Notes under the pieces: generated by a model
The model's input: only the letters and a program-made list of their open reading frames with translations
The model's database searches: none
What the model was told of the DNA's origin: nothing
Part shown: positions 49,765 to 61,190 of the stretch, piece by piece
Layout of the letters: each line of letters begins with the position of its first letter
Numbering within the stretch: position 1 is the first letter of the stretch
Source: an uncultured Verrucomicrobiae bacterium
Lineage (GTDB): Bacteria > Verrucomicrobiota > Verrucomicrobiia > Limisphaerales > Palsa-1400
Length of the DNA stretch: 64,000 nt
Reading direction: 5' to 3'
NCBI GenBank assembly: GCA_963707025.1
Contig: CAVPOM010000010.1
Location: 128,001-192,000, forward strand
Position numbers and translations under genes: made by a program

Positions 49765-50774
49765 TCATTGATCTGCACAAATTCCTCCAAACCGAGCGCC
49801 CCGCCTGGACCGAATTGGAACAAACCCTGGTCAAGCTGGCCGACGAGCCCAATTGGCGCATGGACCTGGCCCAACTCAAACACTTCCATTACCTCTACGA
49901 GCGCGCCTCCGCCGACTTGGGCAAAATCGTCACCTTCGCCTCCGAGCCGGAGACGCGCCACTACCTGGAAGCCCTCGTCGCCCGCGCCTACGGCGAAATC
50001 CATGAGTCGCGCGAAAAAGCCCATCGCCTCCGTCTGTTCCACTGGTTCTTTGTTCTTTTCCCGCAAACTTTTCGCCGCCACCTCCGCGCCTTCTGGCTCG
50101 CCGTGGCCGTGACCCTGGCCGGTATTGTTTTTGGCGGAGCTGCCCTCGCGCTGGATCCGGACGCCAAACCGGTCCTTCTGCCTTTCGAGCATTTGCAAGG
50201 CAGCCCCTCCGAACGCGTGGCCCAGGAGGAAAAGGCCACGCACGACCGTCTGGCCGGAAGAAAAGGCGCCTTTTCGGCCCAACTCATGACCCACAATACG
50301 GAGGTCGCCATCAAGTGCCTCGCCTTCGGCGCGACCTGGGGCTTGGGCACCATCCTCATGCTCTTTTACAACGGCGTCATTCTGGGAGCCGTATCCGTGG
50401 ATTATATTCTCGCCGGGCAAAGCAAATTCCTGGTCGGCTGGCTCCTCCCGCACGGCTCGTTTGAAATCCCCGCCATCCTCATCGCCGGCCAGGGTGGCTT
50501 TATCCTGGGCCGCGCCCTCATTGGCTGGGGCCGCCGCGCCTCGCTCCGCAGCCGTCTCCAGGCGGTGTCGCGCAACCTGGTCATCCTCATCTTTGGCGTG
50601 GCCGTCATGCTCGTCTGGGCCGGGCTGGTGGAAAGTTTCTTTTCGCAATATCATGAACCGGTCATCCCCTACACCTTGAAAATCATGTTTGGCGTGGCGC
50701 AATTGAGTTTGCTCGCCCTGCTCCTGTTCAGGTCCGGCTCCTCTGCCGCTGCCCAAACTGCGGATGCCGGCTGA
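49761..50774 (+). CDS. Stage II sporulation protein M family membrane protein
   Basis: YERASADL, THNTEVA, YNGVILG, LPHGSFEIPAI, AGLVES. Confidence 0.88.
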   Translation: MIIDLHKFLQTERPAWTELEQTLVKLADEPNWRMDLAQLKHFHYLYERASADLGKIVTFASEPETRHYLEALVARAYGEIHESREKAHRLRLFHWFFVLFPQTFRRHLRAFWLAVAVTLAGIVFGGAALALDPDAKPVLLPFEHLQGSPSERVAQEEKATHDRLAGRKGAFSAQLMTHNTEVAIKCLAFGATWGLGTILMLFYNGVILGAVSVDYILAGQSKFLVGWLLPHGSFEIPAILIAGQGGFILGRALIGWGRRASLRSRLQAVSRNLVILIFGVAVMLVWAGLVESFFSQYHEPVIPYTLKIMFGVAQLSLLALLLFRSGSSAAAQTADAG

Positions 50775-51564
50775 CCCCATGGACACCTCCCGCGTCAGCA
50801 CCCTGGTCATTCGCACGCCCGAAGGCATTGCTTTTTCCCTGCCCCTGGCCTGCCCGGTCACCCGCAGCGTGGCTTGGATCGTTGATTTTGCCTGCATTGC
50901 CGCGGTGAGCTACCTGGTTGGCGCTGGCTTGGGGGTTGTCAGGCTCATCAGCTTTGACATCGGCACTTCGCTGGCTGTCGTGGCTTATTTTGCCACCCAA
51001 ATCGGCTATGGAATTATTTGCGAGTGGTTCTGGCGCGGCCAGACCGTGGGCAAGCGCCTCTTGCGCCTGCGCGTCGTGGATGCCCGCGGCTTGCACTTGC
51101 AATTCAGCCAGGTCGTTTTGCGCAACCTCCTCCGTTTTCTTGACATCCTCCCCGTCTGCTATTTGGTGGGCGGGGTGACTGCCCTGCTCAATTCGCGCGC
51201 CCAGCGTTTGGGCGATCTCGTGGCCAACACCATCGTCGTGCGCAACCCAAAAACGCCGGAGCCGGACCTGGATCAACTCCTCTCCGGCAAGTTCAATTCC
51301 TTGCGCGAGTATCCCCATCTGGAGGCCCGCCTGCGCCAGCGCGTTTCCCCCGCCGAAGCCCGGCTCGCCCTCCAGTCCCTGCTGCGGCGCGACCAGCTCG
51401 ATTTGCAGGCCCGCCTGGAGTTGTTCGAGGAATTGGCCGCCCATTTCCGCTCGCTGGTCCTCTTTCCGCCCGAGGCCTGCGAAGGCATCACCGCCGAACA
51501 ATACGTCCGCAACGTCGTGGACGTCCTCTTCCGCCCCCGCGTCCCGCGCAGCTCCGAATCTTAA
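50764..51564 (+). CDS. RDD-family protein
   Basis: IRTPEG, GQTVGKR, QRLGDLVANTIVV. Confidence 0.88.
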   Translation: MPADPMDTSRVSTLVIRTPEGIAFSLPLACPVTRSVAWIVDFACIAAVSYLVGAGLGVVRLISFDIGTSLAVVAYFATQIGYGIICEWFWRGQTVGKRLLRLRVVDARGLHLQFSQVVLRNLLRFLDILPVCYLVGGVTALLNSRAQRLGDLVANTIVVRNPKTPEPDLDQLLSGKFNSLREYPHLEARLRQRVSPAEARLALQSLLRRDQLDLQARLELFEELAAHFRSLVLFPPEACEGITAEQYVRNVVDVLFRPRVPRSSES

Positions 51565-51626
51565 TCCTGTTCCTAATCTTAATCTTAATCTTAATCCTAA
51601 TCCTAATCCCGCCTTCCGCTTCCTTT

Positions 51627-52454
51627 TCAGTTCCCTGCCTGCACCTTGGCCGCAATCATCCCGGCCACCAGCAAGGCAATCAGTCCAAAATACATCCCGC
51701 ACATCAGCCAGCGCTGCTCCGGCGTCACCTCAAAATAACGCGCTTCCTCCGCCGATTTCCCGCGGAACAGGGAAAAGAGCCGGGGCAGCGACATAATGAG
51801 AATGAGGAACAACAAGAAATTGAAATTCACGAACATGAGCAAGCCGACGACGACCACGCCCACCAGCCACAGCCACGGGGAAAGCGCCGTGACAATGCGC
51901 CCTCCATCCAAAAAGCCAAGCGGGGCCAAATTGAATAGATTCAACCAAAAACCGGTGTAGGCCAGAGCGCCCATCAAGCGATATCCGGTCGCCAGGTAGA
52001 TGACAAAACAAACCGCCGCTCCCGCCGCACCCAGCAGCGGACCGCCGATGCCGACTTGCGCTTCAATCCAGGCATTGCGCGGAGCCTCCTTGAGCAGGAT
52101 GATCGCGCCGATGAACGGGATGAACATCGGCGCCCCGACTTTCAACCCCAGCTTCCTCGCCACCAGCAGATGCCCGCATTCATGCACAAAAAGCAACAGC
52201 ACAAATCCAAGCGCAAACCGCCAGCCCCAGAGCATGGCGTAAGCCCAGGTGGACAAAATCATCGTCCCGCCCGTCTTCAAGATCAGCGGGAAGAATTTGA
52301 GGACCGGAATCAGCACCGCCTTGAATTTGGCCAGGATGGCTCCCAGCACCGCCAGCGGCCCCGCCGCCTTTTTCCAGCCCCGCCCGCCCCGGGTGTTGGG
52401 CGGCGGCGGAGGAGGAGGATTCGCGGGGTAGGGCGTTATTTGGTCTGCTTCCAC
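51627..52454 (-). CDS. Site-2 protease (M50 family)
   Basis: HECGH, GGP, NLFNLAPLGFLDGGR. Confidence 0.9.
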   Translation of the reverse strand: MEADQITPYPANPPPPPPPNTRGGRGWKKAAGPLAVLGAILAKFKAVLIPVLKFFPLILKTGGTMILSTWAYAMLWGWRFALGFVLLLFVHECGHLLVARKLGLKVGAPMFIPFIGAIILLKEAPRNAWIEAQVGIGGPLLGAAGAAVCFVIYLATGYRLMGALAYTGFWLNLFNLAPLGFLDGGRIVTALSPWLWLVGVVVVGLLMFVNFNFLLFLILIMSLPRLFSLFRGKSAEEARYFEVTPEQRWLMCGMYFGLIALLVAGMIAAKVQAGN

Positions 52455-52463
52455 ACGCGGATG

Positions 52464-52664
52464 TCATTTACCTTCAGGCTTGCGATTCCGCGCCCTGGCT
52501 TGCATTTTCTCTGCCCATTCATCTGCCTCGGCAAAACTCTTAAAACGCCAGACGCCTTTGGGGATGTATAACCGGCCCTGCTCGCTCGCGGCGTAGGCAT
52601 TTTGCACCGCGGCAAACGTGAGGATATTCGACTCGGTTTTGCCTTGGCGGCCCGCCACTTTCAT
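52464..52664 (-). CDS. Small hypothetical protein
   Basis: PKGVWRFKSFAEADEW; co-oriented with neighbours. Confidence 0.6.
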   Translation of the reverse strand: MKVAGRQGKTESNILTFAAVQNAYAASEQGRLYIPKGVWRFKSFAEADEWAEKMQARARNRKPEGK

Positions 52665-52703
52665 CGGCTTTCGTTTGTCTTCTTGCACGGCTGCAACTTA
52701 AGT

Positions 52704-53864
52704 TCAAACCGCCTCTTTTTCGAGTTTTATTTCCTCTTGCAGCGCGGCCAAAACCTTCCGGTGCGCGCTGGTCATCGCCAGCCGCTCCAACTGCGCCGCC
52801 GTCCGCCACACCCCTGGCGCGCCGCCTTTGCCCGCCCGCTCCGGCCATTCCGCCCGCCAGGCCTCCAGCAGAATCCGGAACCGCGTGATCGAATGCCGCA
52901 CCCGGCAAACCGGCTCCTTTTCCGTCAGCACAAACGGCCCCGCCGCCGCCGCCGGATTTTTTTCCTCCGGCGCGATTTCCACATTGGGAAACTCCCACAA
53001 CTGCGCGTTGACCCCGCCTGCCTGCCGCTGCCGGGCCAGCAGGCGCCCATTCTTCTTGACAATAAACGCCAAAAACCGCCGCCGCTCCGCCCGCGCCGGC
53101 GCTTTCGCCGTGGGGAATTCCCCCACCCGGTCCTCCCGCCGCGCCCAACACCAGCGGCGCAGCGGGCAGACCGCGCAGCGCGGCTCCCGCGGCGCGCACA
53201 CCAGCGCCCCCAACTCCATCAACGCCTCGTTCAACCGCCCGCAATTGCCGCGCTTGGCTTTGCCGCCTTCCGCCATCCCCTTCCTTCCCTTGGTTTCCTT
53301 CTGTTCAAAGTTTCGTCCGGCCGGCTTTCCCCAACCTGCAATCTGCAATCCGCGATCCGCAATCAGAACCAGCTCTTCCGCCAGCCCCCACAACCGCTCC
53401 TTGGCCTCCTTCCCCCGCGGATCGCCCCCCACCCCAAACACCCGGCTCAATACCCGCGTCACATTGCCGTCCAACACAGCCGTCGCCTGGTTATAGGCGA
53501 TGCTGCAAACCGCCCCCGCCGTATAGCGGCCCACTCCCGGCAGGGCCAGCGCCTCGGCCAAGGTTCGCGGAAATTCCCCGCCATGCCGGGCCACCATCAC
53601 CCGCGCCGCCGCCTGCGCGTGGCGCACCCGCGCATAATAACCCAGCCCTTCCCATAACTTATGGACTTGCCCCGGCTGGGCGCGGGCGAAGGCGCGCGCA
53701 TCCGGCAGCGCCCGCATCCACCGTTCCCAGTACGCCGTCACCGTTTTCACCTGCGTCTGTTGCAGCATGATTTCCGCCATCCAAATCGCGTAAGGATCGC
53801 GGGTCCGCCGCCAGGGCAGATCCCGCGCGTTTTCCCCAAACCACTCCAGCAGCCCCCGCACCAT
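52704..53864 (-). CDS. mutY: A/G-specific adenine glycosylase
   Basis: RDLPWR, EIMLQQTQV, WEGLGYYAR, LPGVGRYTAGA, LDGNV, C-X6-C-X2-C-X5-C. Confidence 0.95.
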   Translation of the reverse strand: MVRGLLEWFGENARDLPWRRTRDPYAIWMAEIMLQQTQVKTVTAYWERWMRALPDARAFARAQPGQVHKLWEGLGYYARVRHAQAAARVMVARHGGEFPRTLAEALALPGVGRYTAGAVCSIAYNQATAVLDGNVTRVLSRVFGVGGDPRGKEAKERLWGLAEELVLIADRGLQIAGWGKPAGRNFEQKETKGRKGMAEGGKAKRGNCGRLNEALMELGALVCAPREPRCAVCPLRRWCWARREDRVGEFPTAKAPARAERRRFLAFIVKKNGRLLARQRQAGGVNAQLWEFPNVEIAPEEKNPAAAAGPFVLTEKEPVCRVRHSITRFRILLEAWRAEWPERAGKGGAPGVWRTAAQLERLAMTSAHRKVLAALQEEIKLEKEAV

Positions 53865-53964
53865 CTTGACTTTATTTTTGTTTGTTTTCAGCGTTCCCTT
53901 TTCTGTTCAAGCCTGATAATGAACACGGAAAAATTGTCCCGCAAGACGGGACTGAAAACCAGCC

Positions 53965-54942
53965 GTGAACCCCATCACCAGCCACACCTGCAAGCTGACC
54001 GACTCCCAGGCCGGCGCCCTGCAAAATTATTTGCGCGACCACGGCTACGCCTTCCGCGAAGTCCCCTACGCCCGTTTCGCCGCCGAAAAGGAAAAAACCA
54101 ACCTCGTCTTCTACCAAAGCGGCAAGCTCGTCGTCCAGGGCAAGGGCACCCAGGATTTTGTCGAATTTGTTCTCGAACCGCTGATTTTGCAGGAAGTCAA
54201 GCTCGGCTACGAAACCATTTTGCACCCGGAGTTGCTCGCCCCCCGCATCGGCGTGGACGAAAGCGGCAAGGGCGATTTTTTCGGCCCGCTCTGCGTCGCC
54301 GGGGTTTACATCAATGAATCCGTCGTTGCCGCGTGGAAAGGCGCCGGCATCCGCGATTCCAAAACCATCTCCAGCGACCGGCGCATTGCGGAGCTGGCCA
54401 AATTAATTCGCGACACCCCCGGCTGCGTCCACAGCGTCGTGCCCATTGGCGACGAAGCCTACAACCGGCTTTACCTCAAGATGCGCAGCGTCAACTCCCT
54501 GCTGGCCTGGGGCCACGCCCGCGTCATTGAAAACCTCATGGGCCAGTCCCACCGCATGAATCCCCTGCCCGTCCGCGCCATCAGCGATCAATTCGCCCAC
54601 GACAAAGCCACCGTGGCCGGCGCCCTCATGAAAATGGGCCGCAGCATCGAACTGGTCCAGCGCCACAAAGCCGAAGAAGACCTGGCCGTGGCCGCCGCCT
54701 CCATTCTGGCCCGCAACGAATTCGTCACCCGCCTGGCCGCCTTGGGCAAACGCTTCGACATCACCTTTCCCAAAGGCGCCTCCGCCGCCGTGGACGCCGC
54801 CGCCAAAGAATTCGTTGTCAAATACGGCGCCGGCAAACTCAGCGAAGTCGCCAAAACCCATTTCCGCACCGCCCTGCGCGCCCAGGGCCTCCCCGAGCCG
54901 CCAAAAAAAGAGTGGCAACCCCGCCGCCCAAAAAGTCCCTAA
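53965..54942 (+). CDS. rnhC: Ribonuclease HIII
   Basis: N-terminal YQSGKLVVQGK; IGVDESGKGDFFGPL, DSK, AVAAASILAR. Confidence 0.93.
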   Translation: MNPITSHTCKLTDSQAGALQNYLRDHGYAFREVPYARFAAEKEKTNLVFYQSGKLVVQGKGTQDFVEFVLEPLILQEVKLGYETILHPELLAPRIGVDESGKGDFFGPLCVAGVYINESVVAAWKGAGIRDSKTISSDRRIAELAKLIRDTPGCVHSVVPIGDEAYNRLYLKMRSVNSLLAWGHARVIENLMGQSHRMNPLPVRAISDQFAHDKATVAGALMKMGRSIELVQRHKAEEDLAVAAASILARNEFVTRLAALGKRFDITFPKGASAAVDAAAKEFVVKYGAGKLSEVAKTHFRTALRAQGLPEPPKKEWQPRRPKSP

Positions 54943-55047
54943 TCTTAATCTTAATCCTAATCTTAATCCTAATCCCCTCCGTTCCAACCCTCCTCCCGCG
55001 CCCTTGCCGCCGAAGGACAACCCATGACCAACCCAAATGATCCATTC

Positions 55048-57195
55048 TCAAGGCGCTCTCTTCAGTCCTTCGCTCCGCACGGTCCACTGGCCGTTGTCCG
55101 GGAAACCGGGGGCCGGCTTGTCCGGCGCCCCGTCCCAGCCGCCCGCCATCATGGCCGCGGCGTAGAGCAGGCCGCCGTTGCCCGGCAAATAAACCGCCAG
55201 GCCCGGCCGCTGATAGTTGTGCCCGTTGAGGGCATAATGATTTTTCGGTGTGTCAAGCAAAAGCGCGTCCACCGCCCTTTCCGGTTCGCCCAGCCGCGCG
55301 GCGCACATGGCCAGCATCGGGCAATCCCAGCCCCAGGTCTCCGGCCAGTTCCAGTTCTCCCAGATCCAGTCCAGCGTCCGGCGCATCGTGGCCCGGTCCA
55401 CGCCCGGTCCCGGCAGCATGCCCAGCGCCGCCGTCACGGCGGGATGGTCCCGCGCCCATTTCTTTTCCGCATAAGTTCCGGTGGCCGTCTCGGTAAAAAG
55501 ATATTTGTCCTGCTCCACCGCGGGCGCGGCCAGCTTTTGCAGCACGGCCTCCCACTTGGCTTCCGGGGCCAGGCCCAGCCTCTGCCGCCAGCGTTGCGCG
55601 GTTTCCAGGCCCCAGCGCCAGTAGGTCAATTCGAAAGTGGGGTTGAGCGTGTGTTCCTTCGGAAAAATCTCCTGCGCGCTCTGCAGGACCGGCCCCAGCA
55701 CATAGCGTTTTCCGCTCTCCTCCCAGGCCGGGTAGGAGGCCATGAACTCGGCCGTCTGCAGCACCACGTCTTTGAATTCCTCCAGCGTCGCCCGGTCGCC
55801 GCGGGCGCGGTAACACAACTCCGCGAAAAAAATGGGATGCGGCTGCTGCCAGATCAGAAACGGGCCGACGGGAGAAGGCGAATCCCATCCGGCCGGGTCC
55901 GTCATCTTCGGCCAGCGCGCGCCGGCATAACCCTGGCGCCGCGCCGTCTCCTGGGCGCGCGGCAGGATGGTTTGATAGTAGCCGAGACTTTTTTCCAGCA
56001 AGGGCAGCCGGTCCCAAAGCGCGAAGTGCGCCGCGTGCCACCAGTGCATTTCCAGGTGGAACTTCCCCTCCCAACTGTTGCAAGTCAACCCGGTTTCCTG
56101 CGGCGGATAAATGCCGGCGCATTGAATGGCCGTCAAGTACTGCGACAAGACGATGCGCCGCTCCAATTCCTGCCAGCGCGGGTCTTTGCTCAACGACAGG
56201 TCAATCGCGCCGCCGCTGCTCCAGAATTGGCTCCAATGAGCCGCCGCCGCCGCCTCGGTTTGCCCAAAGTCCGGCCAGGGGCCGGGCGTCGCTTTGGGCG
56301 CGAACCCGCACTCCAATTCCATCGCCTCCGCGTCCGGCGCCGCCGTCAGGATGAAGCGGTGCGGCCCCGCCTGCGCCAGTTTGCCGCCGGCGCTCCAGCG
56401 CGCCGAGACATGGTAGGCGTCCTGGTCCAGGGTGCGCGCGAACTCCGCGCTCTCCGGCGTTGTCAATTGCAAAATGGTTTGGTGCGCGCCGGGCTGGCTC
56501 CAGTCCGCCGCGGTGGTCGCGCCCGTCCCGTATGGAAAATGCACCTCGATGCGCGCGCGGCCATCCTTGAGCAGCGGCGACACCACCCGCACCGCCAGCA
56601 AGTCGCGCTCGGGATGACACAGGGTCAGCACCTCCACCGGCTGCCCCTCGAATCGAAAGCGGCTGCGCAAAAGGCCGGTCCACAGGTCCAGCGTTTGCTC
56701 GATCTGCGCCAGGTCATTGCTCCGCGCCGCCCGGCCGTCCGCCTTGGTCAGGAGCAAGCCGATGCGCCCCAGATGCAGGCGGTGGGGATTGTCCCGCAGC
56801 CATTTGATTTCCGGCGTCTGGCGGTTGCCGGGCACATCATCGTAAGGGACTTTGCGGCCAAAAACCTCAAACTCCGTGAAATGAAATTTATCCAGGCTCC
56901 AGCCCGCCGGATTAGGGAAGGAATGCCAGCCCCATTGCGCCAGCGTGCCCAGCGGAATGGTGTTGGTGAACGCCTCCGCGAAGGTCTGCAATCCGGTGAC
57001 ATCCGCCGTGAAGGCAAAATTGCCATTGCCCACCGAGAGCGGATTGTCCGCGTCAAAGCGATGCAGCACCGGATTATGCCGCGCCACCAGGGCGTGCCGG
57101 TCAATGGGCGGCCCGGCCGGATCGGCCAGACCGATGAAACCGCCCGCCGCCAGCCAGCAGGCCAGGGCCGGAAGAAGCGGGGCACGGGCTTTCAT
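55048..57195 (-). CDS. Six-hairpin glycosidase (GH65/GH95-like)
   Basis: LSVGNGNFAFTADVTGLQ, PQETGL..NSW.GKFHLEM, YLPGNGGLL. Confidence 0.75.
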   Translation of the reverse strand: MKARAPLLPALACWLAAGGFIGLADPAGPPIDRHALVARHNPVLHRFDADNPLSVGNGNFAFTADVTGLQTFAEAFTNTIPLGTLAQWGWHSFPNPAGWSLDKFHFTEFEVFGRKVPYDDVPGNRQTPEIKWLRDNPHRLHLGRIGLLLTKADGRAARSNDLAQIEQTLDLWTGLLRSRFRFEGQPVEVLTLCHPERDLLAVRVVSPLLKDGRARIEVHFPYGTGATTAADWSQPGAHQTILQLTTPESAEFARTLDQDAYHVSARWSAGGKLAQAGPHRFILTAAPDAEAMELECGFAPKATPGPWPDFGQTEAAAAAHWSQFWSSGGAIDLSLSKDPRWQELERRIVLSQYLTAIQCAGIYPPQETGLTCNSWEGKFHLEMHWWHAAHFALWDRLPLLEKSLGYYQTILPRAQETARRQGYAGARWPKMTDPAGWDSPSPVGPFLIWQQPHPIFFAELCYRARGDRATLEEFKDVVLQTAEFMASYPAWEESGKRYVLGPVLQSAQEIFPKEHTLNPTFELTYWRWGLETAQRWRQRLGLAPEAKWEAVLQKLAAPAVEQDKYLFTETATGTYAEKKWARDHPAVTAALGMLPGPGVDRATMRRTLDWIWENWNWPETWGWDCPMLAMCAARLGEPERAVDALLLDTPKNHYALNGHNYQRPGLAVYLPGNGGLLYAAAMMAGGWDGAPDKPAPGFPDNGQWTVRSEGLKRAP

Positions 57196-57211
57196 GCGGG
57201 CCTTTGTCGTC

Positions 57212-58108
57212 TCACGCGGTGGCCGGCCGGCTTTGGTTTTTCAAAGCGCGCGCGCGGGCCTGGAATTCATCCAGACAGGCCCGGAGCAAACGGTTGGGCT
57301 TGCCCCGCCACAGGGCGCCGACCACCACCGGCAGGAAATCCGCCAGCCAAATCGGACGGGTTTGGGGAGGGAAGTTCATTTGCGGAATAGCCACCCAAAG
57401 GCCCAGGCCGAAACCGCCGGCCACATAGGTGGCGATCAAATCCACCGCGCTGGTTTCAATCCCCGGAATCCAGTCCACTCCCATTTTGGCCAGTCCTTGT
57501 TGAAAATGGCGCGACACCAGTTCGTCGGGCGGCAGGCAAATGAGGGTCTCGGTGATTTTGTCCTGCCGCCAAAGCTGGTCCGCCTCCGTGATTTTGCTCT
57601 CCTTGGGCGCGAGCAAGACCAGCGGCAGTTCCAGCAAGGCCAGCGACTGGATGCCCGGCCCGGACTTGGCTTCCAGCAGCGTGATGGCCAGGTCAATTTC
57701 CCCCTTGCGCAACAGGTGTTCCAACACCGGTTGCGGTCCTTCGCGCAAGCCCAGTTTGAGGCCGGGGAATTTTTGGCGCAGACTCTGCAAGATCTGCGGG
57801 AAATAATCGCGCAGCACAATGACCGGACCGCCCAGGCGCAGACGCGGCACCGGGCCGCCCTGCAATTCGGCCTCGATGGTTTCCAGATTGGCGAAAAAGG
57901 GCCGGATAAAGTCAAACAGTTTTTGGCCCGGCGGGCTGAGGGCAAAGGGACGGCGCTGAAAAAGAGTGACGCCCAGGTGTTCTTCCAATTGGGCGATCTG
58001 GCTGCTCACCGCCGGCTGCTGGATGCCGTAGGGCATGTGGCGCACCGCCTCGGCAATCCCGCCGTGCCGGCCCACGAAATAGAACAACTCCAGATGATGG
58101 ATGTTCAT
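57212..58108 (-). CDS. LysR-family regulator, divergent from acs
   Basis: MNIHHLELF...QQPAVSSQIAQLEEHLGVTLFQR. Confidence 0.9.
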   Translation of the reverse strand: MNIHHLELFYFVGRHGGIAEAVRHMPYGIQQPAVSSQIAQLEEHLGVTLFQRRPFALSPPGQKLFDFIRPFFANLETIEAELQGGPVPRLRLGGPVIVLRDYFPQILQSLRQKFPGLKLGLREGPQPVLEHLLRKGEIDLAITLLEAKSGPGIQSLALLELPLVLLAPKESKITEADQLWRQDKITETLICLPPDELVSRHFQQGLAKMGVDWIPGIETSAVDLIATYVAGGFGLGLWVAIPQMNFPPQTRPIWLADFLPVVVGALWRGKPNRLLRACLDEFQARARALKNQSRPATA

Positions 58109-58411
58109 CGCATTATATGATCCGGCCCCCAGTTTCATCATTCACCTTCGCCAGGGCAAGACCGGAAAACGCGCCCCATCCTAAGCCTCATCCAAATCAG
58201 GTCGCCAAACCGCGCATCCGCCCCCGGAGCTCGCTGACCAATTCTTCGCGTTCGGCGTCCAATGCGAAGGACGCCTGCGCCCAACAACATTTCTTGCGAG
58301 AACTCGCGAGAATTCGCGGGCCAAAACCAACCCCGAATTTCATCCCGGCGATTCCGGCATTGACGCCCGCCGGACGGCCCGTAAAATCAGCCAAATTTAA
58401 CCCAACGCGCC

Positions 58412-60424
<2,013 letters not shown>

Positions 60425-60431
60425 GGCGCAG

Positions 60432-61190
60432 TCAAAGCCCCACTTCCGCGGAGTTGTTCTTCAACCAGTCCTCCGCCGCGCGATAATCCGGGCAGACCCT
60501 TTCCACCTCCGCCCAAAAGCGCGCCGAGTGGTTCATATTCCGCAGATGCATCAACTCGTGCAGAATGAGGTAATCTCGCACCGGCTCGGGAACCTGGATC
60601 AATCGCCAATTCAGTGAAATCGTTCCCCGGACGGAGCACGAACCCCAGCGGCTTTTTTGATTGCGCACCATCACCCGGCGCATGGGCGCGCCGTGTTGGC
60701 GGGCCAACTCCTCCGCCCGGACCGTCAGTTCCCTGCGCGCCAGGGCGCGCAAATGCAGCTCCACCGCCGGGCGCAGATTCTCCTGCGGCGCGCCCGCCTG
60801 GACCCGTTGATTGTCAAACCAAATTTCCCGCAGGCCGCCCCGCTCGCGCGCCTCCAGCGCCACCCGCCTCCCGCGCAACAGCGTGGCCATGCCCGGCCGC
60901 AGGACCGGCGGCGGGACGCGCCGCGCCTCCAGAATCCGCCACTGTTTTTCCAGCCAGCCCCGGCGGCTGGCGGCAAACTGCCGGGCAAACTCCAGCGAAC
61001 CCCGGCGCGGCACCGTCACCACCACCGTCTTGTCGGCCCGCAAACGCAGCAGATAATGCCGGGCCCGGGGATGCCGGCGATAGAGGACAGGCACCAGGCG
61101 CGCCTGGATTTCAATCACCCCGGAATCCAGCGGCTTTTCGACGGCAGCAGCCGGGCGGAAGAACTTGCCAAGCTTTTCGACAAACCTCAT
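60432..61190 (-). CDS. YgjP/DUF45-like zinc metalloprotein
   Basis: KSRWGSCS, LNWRL, HELMHL...NHSARFW. Confidence 0.88.
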   Translation of the reverse strand: MRFVEKLGKFFRPAAAVEKPLDSGVIEIQARLVPVLYRRHPRARHYLLRLRADKTVVVTVPRRGSLEFARQFAASRRGWLEKQWRILEARRVPPPVLRPGMATLLRGRRVALEARERGGLREIWFDNQRVQAGAPQENLRPAVELHLRALARRELTVRAEELARQHGAPMRRVMVRNQKSRWGSCSVRGTISLNWRLIQVPEPVRDYLILHELMHLRNMNHSARFWAEVERVCPDYRAAEDWLKNNSAEVGL

